A DNA stretch of 64,000 nucleotides, from positions 97,030,001-97,094,000 of the forward strand of contig NC_042998.1 of assembly GCF_006345805.1 (NCBI RefSeq), read 5' to 3'. A model generated the notes under the pieces. The model ran no database searches. It saw only the letters and a list, made by a program, of their open reading frames with translations, and had not been told where the DNA came from. The position numbers and the translations under genes were made by a program. Each line of letters starts with the position of its first letter. The stretch's first letter is position 1. Positions 11,137-22,933 of this stretch are shown here, one piece after another. This DNA is from Octopus sinensis (Eukaryota).

Positions 11137-11336
11137 TATCGTATATGGATGTGATCTTTCATTGTTTTTCTCTTATACCTATGTGAGTTATTTTTCTGAG
11201 TATGCATTGTCTGGAGACTTTTATTTGCAGTTGAAGAAATAGCCAAATTTTTGGCTGCTATTTCTGAAAAGTTCGGTGTGTGGTAAAGTGAATTCTTTTA
11301 CTTTACCATATTTTTATAAATTATATATATATATAT

Positions 11337-11753
11337 GGCAAATAAGAAAACGGAGAGGATATAAAATCGACTGAGATCAGCCGGTAAACGTTCCAGTATG
11401 TCTATTCAAGTATATTGGATGAATACACACACATGTATGAGTGGTACAGATTAGCGAGTGGAAAGAGCTGGTAACTGCACAAACAAGGGTGTGAATACAT
11501 ATAAGCATATAGAAACAAATGAGCAAATTGGCAAATTAGTTTTTTACCAATTTGCTCAATTGCTAGTTTGTTTCTATATGCTTATATGTATTCACACCCT
11601 TGTTTATGCAGTTACCAGCTTTTCCCACTCGCTAATCTATACCACTCATACATGTATCTGTATTCATCCAATACATTTGAATATATAGACATACTGGAAC
11701 ATTTACCGGCTGATGTCAGTCGATTTTATATGCTCTCCGTTTTTTTATTTGCC
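11337..11753. repeat. Long imperfect palindrome (about 200-bp arms), probably an inverted Penelope-like terminus
   Basis: ggcaaataagaaaacggagag...gagcaaattgg / ccaatttgctc...ctctccgtttttttatttgcc; sequence to its right (about 11860-11920) resembles about 50700-50750. Confidence 0.85.
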
Positions 11754-11924
11754 GTATAAATCAAGAGTAAACCAATCGTATACCCTCACCCATATATAAT
11801 CCTCAATTGCGAGATTGCTATGCAATAACTAGCACTTGGCTATGAATAATTGGGTACACTACCAGTAGTATATTGGATAAGTATTATCCCTTAGTTGGTT
11901 TCCCAACCTCTAACTCACACAGAA

Positions 11925-11969
<45 letters not shown>

Positions 11970-12860
11970 CATCCTTTACCGTCCATTCTCCAAACTGGTA
12001 TGGGTTAGACGTTTCCACCAGAGCTGAGAAGCTGCACCAAAATTCAGTCTGATTTGGCTTTGGTTTCTACAGCTGGATGCCCTTCCTAACGCCAACCACT
12101 TTACAGGATGTGCTGGGTGCTTTTAATGTGTCACCAGCATGAGTGCTTTCACATGGCACTGGTACAAGTGCTTTTTATGTGACACCAACACGAACGCTTT
12201 TCGCGTAGCACTGGCACAAAATTCTTGCAGGCCAATCCTCTTCACCATGGAATGCAGGCTCAACACTTCTTCTATGGAGGACAGGTACTCTTTTTGACTT
12301 CTCTTGCACCAAATATTTTTAAATCATCTAGTTTAACATCGAATGTAATCTCTCTATGACTCTTACTTCCATTTGATAGCCTCTTTCCAGTCATTTGAAT
12401 ACACTACTGTATACATTTATAGTTAAATATCACAGCAGCAATGGCAGAAAGGTAATTCACACCAAATAGCAAAACTGTAAAATCCAAGGAAAGTAATGAA
12501 GTCCAGCATCAACTAAAAGTAGTGGTTTTATTACTCTGGGCGTAAGAAAAGAAATGAGTAAATAAAAGGATTGGAGAAGTAATGATAAAATATGGGAGCT
12601 GTATGATTGAAATTAGTAGTTCAGCTGAATTGGTGCATGCACAAACAAGGCAGGAGTGGAGGATGGAGGGTGGAGCAGTTAGGTGTTGGCAAGAATGTTG
12701 ATAGCAATGAAGAGACATCAGGAAATGGTTAAATATTCAACCAGCCCAATCTGCACCCTACCTAACAGCAACTAATTTTGATTAAGTGTACACACTGGCT
12801 TATTAATCCAATCAGCAATATAAACAAACGTACCTGGTTGTAAGTGCTTTATCATATAAA

Positions 12861-13073
12861 CCCTGCAGCATTTAAACCAGTTATATCCAGCCCAAATATT
12901 CTTCCTGTTCTATATTCCAACTAGCAAGATTTGGTCTCTCATACCTACCTCACATCATTCTGAAAATAATTACGTCATGAAAATCTCAAAGCCATAAGAT
13001 AATGCATGATTAATTCAAAACAATGTGAATATATAAACATTACATTTGATAAAATAATCTGAATGCTAATAGG
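12861..13073 (+). mobile_element. piggyBac-type MITE (about 213 bp), degenerate
   Basis: Right end ..atctgaatgctaatagg|TTAA; both ends align with the ends of the piggyBac at 35764-38755. Confidence 0.7.
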
Positions 13074-16000
13074 TTAAATGCAACAAACATGGCAAAATCT
13101 ATATAGACAATACTAATCAACAGATAGACCAGCAACCAAAAATAAATTAAGATCTTCATCAAGTCAAACAACTGTTTTGAGAAGTGATTCTCACAGAATG
13201 GTTCAAACTGAAACTGAAACCCTGATTACTTTGTGTTGTAAATTATTCCAAATTGTTTCCATAATGTTGTAGTCATGAGTAGGGTCTTTTGTGTCCAAAA
13301 TATCAAATAAAATTTTGTTTATTTCTGTAACAGTATTTGTAGATGTTGCATTGTTATTTTTTTTTTTAATGTCCATTTTCCCATGCTTCACATTTACTAT
13401 GGCTAAATGCCCTTTTCATTGCAACCTTTACCTCTTCCCAACCAAGATAATATTTCCCCATGATCAGACGTGTTTTTCGGAATATTGGAAATGAATGACA
13501 TTTATTTGCAACAATCACATGATATCAAGACAAAGAAACACACACTCACATATATATATATGTGTGTGACAAGCTTCTTTCAGTTTCCATCAACTAAATC
13601 CACCCACACGGTCTAATAGAAGACACTTACTCTAGGTACTGAACCTGAAACCATAAAATTGAGAAGTAAACTTCTTAACCACAAAGCTACATCTGTACAT
13701 ATTATTGTATACCTCACTATATTTACTCAACAATGCTTCAGGCAAATTACCATACTTAACATTTATTTTTACCAAAACTTACTGTTACAAAACAAATTTC
13801 CAATGTCAATTGGTTCCATATTATCTATTATTGTTCTCCTGAGGCAGGTGGGACTGAACCCAAAGTCACATAGTTAGAAAGCAAAGTATTTAACCATACA
13901 AATTTGTCAGCAATAATAATGTTTCTCAATTGCAATATGCTTCAAAAATTTACTCCAAAACATACTGCATACATCCACAAATTACAAAAACTTAATTACC
14001 TGAAAATTTTGTCATAATGTGAACAGGATCCATGGGGTCTAAGGACTGTATCATGCACCAGAGTCTGCTTTGGCTTGGTTTCTATAGCTGGCTGTCCTTC
14101 CTAATACCAACCACTTTACAGCATGGACTGGGTGCTTTTTTCATGTATCCAGCAGTATTTAGGTTGTCATGCAGCTCATGGAACTATGAACCCAGGGGAG
14201 GGGAGTCAGCTTTATCCTAGGGAACAAGGAATTAAAGTCTGAGGGCAGGGAGTCAGAAGGGGTTCTTGTAGATAATCAGTATGGCTTCTCACATTTCGTA
14301 GAAGAGGTGGAATGGAAAAAGAGAAATGGTCAGTTGGAGCTGCAGTGAGATAGATAAAGGTGATAAGGTGTCTTAGTGGCCCCTTGAGGTACAAGGTGAA
14401 TGGAAGTGGGTGAGTGGTTTGTAAGGTTGTATGGGGAGCAGGAGATGAGTAGACAGACTATAAATGTAAAAACTGGGTAGTGCTGAAGGGTGAATGATTG
14501 ATGAAGCATGAGTTGGGAAAGATAGAGGGATGCAGAAAGCAGGGTGGAGAGAGAAACAGATAAAAATTTTAAAAAAAGAACAGCAACACAAGTATTATAA
14601 GAAGTAATTCAAATTTAATATCAAACAATATAAAAATACATAATTAGAATCTCTTTTAGAAATAAAAATTTTTGATACCAAAGTTTTGTTTTTGGATGGG
14701 AGAGGAGGCTTCCTTCATACTTAAAAAAAAAATCTTTAAAAAAATAGCATACATACAATTTGAAATGGTTTGAAATGTTCCTATGTTCACAATATAAATA
14801 GATTATGACAAATGCAGCAATGGATGACAGAATCGGTAAAACATCAGATGAAATATCTTATCCGTTTACCATCTGAGTTCAGATCTCATTCAGACTGGTT
14901 TTGCCTTTCATCCTTCTCCAAGTGCCAGTCAGCAAGTACTGGGGTTACCATACTACTGAAAACAGTACTCCAGAATGGCCACAGTCTACTAACTGATACT
15001 AGTAAAAGAATCTAAAAACCACTATCAACTATAGTTGAGTTATAATTAATATATCTCACAATTAATGTTTTGCTACATATTTCAACAGGAAAACAAAATA
15101 AAATACTACTTTACTGATTGAGATTTAACTGTAGTTAAAGGAATACCTGCCTGGAGGGAACTAACAATATGGAAAATGGCACAAATGCATCTAAAAGACC
15201 AAGTTTTCAGCAATGTAACTACATTAACTACATCATTGGCTTGTTTTTATTTTCATTTGTTTTTAAATCCTCACATAGAATATAAACTGCTTTTTTCACC
15301 CTACAGTAATGAACTATAGTTAAATAAAGGCCAAGAAAGGAATTTACAATGTTGTAATCAGGAATTTTGCTGATTCTCTGCCATTCAATCAATGAGGATC
15401 CCGTTGTTTGATCAACTCTGAATTACCTGTTCCTGAATTAACATGGAAGTGGCTGAGTATTGCACAGTCACTTATACCCTTAACATAATTCTTAGACAAA
15501 AATCAGCATGTGACAAGACTGTATCTTTTGAAATACAGGTAAAATCATCCTTCCAGTCAGCTTCAATACAGTTTCATTCATGATGTATGGGCTAACCTGA
15601 GGCTACAGAAAATTATATTTGCTCTAAGATGCCATGCAAGGGGATTGAACCCAGAGCTTTGTGGCTGCAAAGTGAATTTCTTAACAATTTGACCATACTG
15701 CATCCACACTGTCAGTAAATGATAAATCAAAAACTCAACTGTCAATGATGCAACAGTACTAATAACAAAAATATATCCTTAAATAAATCCTTAAAAATGC
15801 TTCAGCCCGAAAGCTGTGGCCATGCTGGGGCACCATTCCTTAAATGAAATTTATGATGGTCATTTTTCAATCATTTTAAACAAAGAAAATGGTTTTGGAA
15901 GAAATTTTACAAACATTTATTAAAGATATGTTACCACTTTTATAATATGCTGAAAATCAAATTAAAAAACAGTTGTTCAAATTCTCCAACTTTATAGATT

Positions 16001-19000
16001 AAAAAAAATCAAAAATTAATTCAGTAAAAATCACCAACATGTAAAGAGTTGGTGGTTGAAAGGTAAGGATTTGAACTCTGGAGTTTGACAATTTATATTG
16101 TCTTTGAGTAAAGGACTTTATTACATTTAGAATATCAGTCATGATAAATGACCTCATGTCAAGAAAGCCATCCAATTGTAAAAATGAAAACATCCAAACA
16201 CATGTAGTATGCAAATGGAAACATGTAATGTATGATTAATGCATTCAAGAAATTTGTGTCAGCACTGTATTCAAAGACAATTCAATCAAAATTAGAGGAA
16301 GATCTTTTAAATATTGGTCAAGGGATGACAGAGTGACTATTAATTCGTATTTGTTTTATTGTTTAGTTCACTCATACTAATCTTACTCAGCTAAAATGGA
16401 AATGTTTTCATCATCAAAGCATTTTGAATTCAAAATACAGAATCACTGGAAGCAATTGTGGTTAATGACTAGTTTGAATCATTATAGCTTAAGACAATAA
16501 TCAATGATGAGCGTTTCTAAATTATATAATTTTAAGAAGGAACTGGAAAAGACTTTAGTACAAAGTCTCTTCCAGGAAATGAGGTACAGTTGTACCTATA
16601 AATGCTTTACAAAAATAAAATCACGTTCAAAAATGAAGCTATGCATAATGGACAAAGGCAACTGGGGAAAGCCACAAAAGAACAAGAGCATGTTAGATAA
16701 AAGAAAAGTGCGAAAGATTGGAAAGCTTCTTTGGTGAATACCAAACAAGAGAAGCATTTTGATATGACAATTAGAAACTCTAAAACACAGTGAAGGTTTT
16801 ACATACATGAAAAGCTTCTTCATAATGAAAGTGCAGCGTAAATATTTCAAATAATTCTCCATAAAAGAGCAAATCCACTCTTTTTCTTCTTGCTTTGAGT
16901 ATTCTAGGTTTAAAAATAACTATGATTTAATAGTTCTACTAAACACATGAATGCTGGTCTATAAAATAATTCAATGCAGGGGAGATAACTTTCAATAGTG
17001 ATATCAAGTATTAATTTATTTGAAGCGCTTCAAGGAATATTAAAATTGAGTAGAAAATCAATTTTATCACCTCAGTATAAGAAAATGGAGAAAATAAAAA
17101 CATGAATTATTACTGATGGATATTATTTCTGAACTATGAGGTGATATTATTCAATTGTCTTTTATTAGATAACATGCAACCAATGAGTAACAGTAATGAG
17201 TAACAATGATCAACAAAGTGATTCTTTTATCACCCTAGAAATGATACATGTTGAAATGAATCTCAAAGAACAGTATGAAATGGTACAGAATAAACGTACT
17301 TTGATACCATAACCGGTAATATTAGATATGTCATCCAGTAGAGATGAACTGCTCTACCAAATTTTCAACACATCTGGACATTAAGTATCAACCAACACCC
17401 TTAAAGTGAGACTGGACAAAACACTGCATCTCTCTCACCGTGTTCTCATACATCTATAAAACTTGAACTTCGCACACAGCAAAGTAATACTCAGTAATAG
17501 ATATCCTCACACTAAAATTACATCATATATTACAAAGGTCACACTATAAATGGTACCATATATACAATACAAATAAAAGAATAACATGCATCTAATGACA
17601 GCAAAGTGATGAAATTAGGAAATCAAATGTATTTTCAATGAATCATGAAGGCAGAAATAAAAGCAATCAGCAGTTTCATAAGAGTTCAACCAAATTCTAA
17701 AATATTTTGATTGTAATGGTTACAAGTGACAGAACTGTAAAACTCACCATGCTAACATTTGTAAAAATGACAGGTTTGTATATTTTATAACTTTCAGTTA
17801 CAGTCGTTAGACTGAAGCCATGCTAGAGCACCATTCAAATGAATTGACTCCAGTAGTTATATGAGGGGATGCTGAAAAATTCCTGGCTTTGAAGGTATCA
17901 TGAAAGGCTTGGTTGAAGGCTCAGCCTCCTAAGTTCTTTTACAGGGCTTGGAAAAACTGATAGACCACTGCAATAAGTGTGTGAATCTGAGAAGGGAATA
18001 TATTGAATGAAATCATAATTAAGTGACCCTGCACATAAGTGAATGAAGCTCTGACTTCACTTATAACCATACAGTAACACAAAGGGAAAAAATATGAAGA
18101 AAGCTAGCAAGTCATTCTACAGACACTGAGCTCACAGTTATTGGTGATTAATACCATGATAGAAAAAAAGTAAGCAATTTCCTCTTTGTTACTACATCAA
18201 GAAAATCAGTTTAAGTGGTAACTAAAAACAAAAAAAAATAGAGATCTAAGTATACATTAAGCATACTCATACTAACTCCAGCTTGAATATGTGGGAGACA
18301 AATTTTAGACAAGACACACAAAGCAACACTGAAGTTAAAAAAAAGCTGAGATATTTTTTGTCATTTTGGAAAAGTTGCAAAATTGCATACGATAATAAGT
18401 TGTTGTTTGACTATCTATATTATTAAAGAAAAATACCTTTGGAATTCAAGTAAAGTAGGCATAATGATGACAGCTTTTTGCTGATCAAATGAAAGCTAGA
18501 AGGAAGTACTATGTTTGATTAAGTTTATTCTGAACGCCAAAACTATAACAAAAATTAGAAGATGGAATGTGTGCACAATTTACTGCTGCAAGTTGATGCA
18601 ACTAATCATAAAATTCAATGAATACTAGCTGATCATCCTGAATACTAGTGAAAATAAAAGGACATACCAAGGATGGATTAAAACAATGCAGTAACAGTAA
18701 AGCATCTAGGACATAAAATTTAGTGTAGTGATGATTTTACATTTTGATTGATAAACAAAATTACATGCAAGTTGGAAACCTGGAAATGTAAAGGCTTATG
18801 AATCAACAGACTGCTGTTGATAAAGGAGAGGCACTGGTAGAAGATCTGACAATTATAACCCTTTAAGCAAAATCCAGAGATATCAGCTTCATTACAATTC
18901 CTTTTTAACTAATTCGTATTATTTTGTAAGTTTATAGGCTCTTGTAAGAACTTCATCATGAAATAAGCTTAGTGCTAAAAAAGCTACAAAAAAAAAAAAA

Positions 19001-20595
19001 GCATCAGTTAAAATGCATTTTGCTCATTCAGTGTGAAACAGTTCTAAAGAGGTGGGTTGGTACTGTTTTAAATTTTAGTATTAGCTTCCACATTATTTAA
19101 ACTAATTTCAGATATTAAACAGACTTATGTTTTTGCAAGCATACAACATTTATGGTGGCACTAATAGTCAAAGATGATGTATTTTGTAGTGTTTGATCTT
19201 GTTATATGGTTCCTAGACTAAGCCTGTGTTGAACCATAATTACAAATAAAATATCACTCTTACACAGAGAAAAAAAAAACCTCATCTTCAGGGAGAATCT
19301 CTCTTTGCTCAACATGAATTGTTTGATAACACTATATCAAATATACCAGCCCAGCTGGATCACATGCTAGGCAGTAGATTCTCAGAAACTTTTGCTTGCA
19401 AAGATAACCTTTGATTAAGAAAAACAATTATTTTGATCAGGTGATAACCTGGCAACAAAAACAGTAATTGGTCATCATTTTCCAGTATTTAATATCATTT
19501 TCTTCTACCTATATGTGGTGGTGAATTAATCAGTTTCCCAGCATAACACTACCATTTTGTCCTTGGGGACCTTTAGCAGAATCTAGTCTCTTACTAGCAT
19601 TCAAACCAGAAATCCCTTTTGAGGATACCTTCTTGCGTACCTATCTCCAGTCTTGGAAGCCTTGTAATAGGTCATGGATACAGCTTTTCCACTTGACTAG
19701 TCTTCAAAAAATAAATATAGACCTACCAAACTTCTGGCATAGACAAACTCATTACTTAAAGCAATTATTTCTACACAGACAATTTTTAAAAATAGAACTA
19801 CTAAATTCCAAGTTATTTACATACACTTTCTGTAATACTTCAGCAAAGTTTTCTTTCGAGAAATTCAGTGGCACACAAGTGTTTGTTTCTATCGATATAG
19901 CAGATATTTTGATGCATAAGTTAATATGGTACTCCTCCTCCACCAGCTCACATAATTTACATTACCAAAACTATTTTATCAACAGTATTTTAAGCCCATC
20001 CAAATTGGATAAGGTGGAAGCTAATGGAAATAATTCTGCTAAAGAACACATTTGTACAAAATCCACGTATTGCCTTTAAAATAAAATACTTTCTGCTCAC
20101 TTTCCAAACCAATCGCTCAGTGCACTGGATACAAATAATGAGCTGGCTGCCTTCAATTCGTCTACTAAGAGTGATAGCAAAAGAGGTGGGGGAAATAAAT
20201 TCAAGGAAAAATATATAAAATTTCTAAGGCCTCAGAAAAATGTATGAGTTACATACGTTATATTGCAACACTTTTTTAATGTTATATTTAGGAATAAATA
20301 TAAGAATGTATAAGAGTAATGTTTGATGTCAGTGTTCTTGTAATTCTCACATCTCTGAGATACTATTCATGTTTCTATTTACATATTCTCAGAGACATCG
20401 CAAAATGTTTATGGTTCCGAAGATATTTGCCCCAAGGTATATTTTGCACAATGTGGGACGTAACTGTTCTTGATAAACGAAGATAAATTACAGTATTTCA
20501 ATAACATACATGTCAATATACATAAAAATAATTATTAACGTATAAAAGATAATATTCTTTCCATGATTCTACTTGTAAAAAACAAAACTGACGTT

Positions 20596-21822
20596 TTACA
20601 CATAAATATTCATTACTTTCTGTATTCTGGTTCGACATAACGGACAAACATTTCTATCTGGTGGAGTACTACTGACGATGTGGTTAGCACATTGTACACA
20701 CAAACACATGTGTTTACATGGCAGAATTAAAACTGTCTTTACGTGGTCTTGACAAACAACACACTTACGTTTATCTCTTTCTCGTTCAATTTCTCTTTCA
20801 AGCTGAGTGCTGTTTAAGGGCTTGTTTATTAGCGGTGTGGGTGGGCGACTTTGTTGCAAAGAGTTTCCATAATTTGGCAGATCAATATCGCTGTCTGTTG
20901 TTTCAGACATAATGGAGTCGCTTTCGTTAGTTTCGCTGTCATCAACACTTTCTGAATCACTATTATCAGATTCAGTGACATTGCTGCTATCATGTTCTTC
21001 TTCTCCTGGTTCTTCGTTATCAGAGATCTCACTATCGTTGTCAAATCTAGCAACGGTATGACTATAATAGTGTCTAAAAATGGGGAAAGTAATACCTCTT
21101 TGGTTTAGAGTTCTACTCATTTTTATTCCTTGGGTCAATATAATGTGAAGAAAGATACAAACTACTACACCGAACAATGCTTCTTTGGAATACGTTAAAT
21201 GAATCCATATATAATCCATTGTTTTTGTAATCATCATAATACAAGAGTCAATTGCATCACGTAGCAAATATGGGACGTTTAAGACAGAGGACAGAAGTTT
21301 GAGGACATATAAGAAAATGTCCACAACAAAACATCCAATAGTTTCAAATCCACCAACAACGAGCAAGAAAAATGCGTCTGTAAACTCTTCTCCTTTCATG
21401 CAAGCTGTATCCCAGCTTTCTTTCAAAATTTCCACTGAAGTGTTGAGTACAGAAACGGTTCCAACACCGCCATTCCACAACAGATAGATGAAACTTTCGA
21501 TGGCATTCACAACAAGGAAAATTGTATTTATAAAAACTAAAAACAACTGCCAAAGTAATACAACAAACATTCTCAAGCAGGTTTCAACTTCCGTGACAAA
21601 CTCAATAATTCCGTAAATAAGCCACATGATAATTTCACTTGAAACGGAGAGGAAAGAACTAAATGATGTCCATAATGCAGCCACGATATTTATCACAGAT
21701 GAAAAAGCCTGATGGTTAACTAACATCATGGAAAAAAAGAAATCTTTACTTCTTGAAACAAACACAGATGCTTTGTCGCACATAATACAAAAATTGTCCC
21801 ACAGGTCATAAACATACCGCAT
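20596..21822 (-). CDS. RNF26: RING finger protein 26-like E3 ubiquitin ligase, single coding exon, about 408 aa from the first ATG
   Basis: Uninterrupted ORF; hydrophobic N-terminal half, acidic Ser-rich linker, C-terminal C3HC5-type RING CVVCQDHVKTVLILPCKHMCLCVQC..CPLCRTRIQKVMNIYV matching the vertebrate RNF26 C-terminus pattern; the supplied ORF begins at TTG 21852. Confidence 0.85.
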   Translation of the reverse strand: MRYVYDLWDNFCIMCDKASVFVSRSKDFFFSMMLVNHQAFSSVINIVAALWTSFSSFLSVSSEIIMWLIYGIIEFVTEVETCLRMFVVLLWQLFLVFINTIFLVVNAIESFIYLLWNGGVGTVSVLNTSVEILKESWDTACMKGEEFTDAFFLLVVGGFETIGCFVVDIFLYVLKLLSSVLNVPYLLRDAIDSCIMMITKTMDYIWIHLTYSKEALFGVVVCIFLHIILTQGIKMSRTLNQRGITFPIFRHYYSHTVARFDNDSEISDNEEPGEEEHDSSNVTESDNSDSESVDDSETNESDSIMSETTDSDIDLPNYGNSLQQSRPPTPLINKPLNSTQLEREIERERDKRKCVVCQDHVKTVLILPCKHMCLCVQCANHIVSSTPPDRNVCPLCRTRIQKVMNIYV

Positions 21823-22545
21823 GTTTTGATATTTGGGCGATCGGTAATCCAACTCAAGTTTGCATTTTTTTTTCTTTCCGTATCTCGTTTGAAAATTATG
21901 AAAACCGTTTGAAGACGGTTTTGTATTTTGTTGGGGTTTTTTTATGAATAAAAAGGAAATATTCAGTATCCGAATTTATGATATGATAATCAACAAAAGC
22001 GTGTTTCAAATACGAAGAATGTTATGAAGATAAAAATAAAATCAATTGAATAAGAAAAAAGTATCGAAGAGAACAAAATAATTCTGTTGTTGAACTGTCT
22101 GGCGTAGATAGACGGTGTAAATGAAGAAAATTATTCCTGAATATATAACCGGGTCAGTTACAGAGATAGTGGATAGTTACAAATTAGATAATAACATGTT
22201 TATTCTTGTAGAAGGCAATTATAAAGTATATGCCCTCCCTAGAGTAACTTTTAAAATTCTATTGTAAAAACAGAAATTCCTCATAATTTACATAACTGGG
22301 TTTAAAGTTATGAAACCGGATTTAAATGGTTTAAATAATAAAGTGTATGGGTGCATTACGAAAATTACTTTTAAATATGTATCTTATTCTATCCCTTTTT
22401 CTGATCACAGTATTTTAAGATTTGTAGCTGAAATAATAATTGACTATAATAGTAAATATGAACGATCTCAACCCAGCTATCAATATAATTTTGTGCCTGT
22501 TTTCCATGCTCATACGGATTAGATAGGTAGTCACAGTTCAAGTTT

Positions 22546-22933
22546 GGGATCTTTTCCTTTTGATGGACGGAATTTTCTAGTTAACTAACAATTTGAAACT
22601 TCGTATACTGGTAGAATGTGTCTCGGACATCTTTTTCTCTTGGCTTATTGAGAAAATTCTATAGTTTGTAAGATATTTGTCGTTGTTTTTCTTCAATTTC
22701 TGCAATTTCAACCAATCAATGACTTCTATTGAGGTGAAAACATTCTGTGCCGTATGAATATGTCCCTTGTTTAAGAAACAGATTGGGTTTATTTATATTT
22801 CTGAAGAAAAAAAAGATACCCTTCCACCCACCCCTAACCCTAAAACAGATTGAAATGCAATAGATCGATACTAGGGTCAAAATTATGGGTGACAATTTCA
22901 TATGACACCGCTAGAAAAAACCGAAAAGATCCC
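22546..22933. mobile_element. MITE (same family as 5736-6152)
   Basis: Termini GGGATCTTTTC / GAAAAGATCCC; shared interior. Confidence 0.8.

Larger units (their letters stand above)
10373..11323 (+). repeat. Partial tandem: two near-identical 389-bp copies (10373-10761, 10935-11323), 562-bp period
   Basis: Direct comparison shows only a few differences; second copy ends in (TA)n. Confidence 0.95.

Noticed and set aside
10408-11242. Duplicated 90-aa ORFs as a small gene pair
   Set aside because: TTG starts, no recognisable motif, explained by the repeat duplication
19633-20079. 148-aa ORF downstream of RNF26
   Set aside because: Non-ATG start, no domain, no consistent splice frame; likely UTR or intergenic
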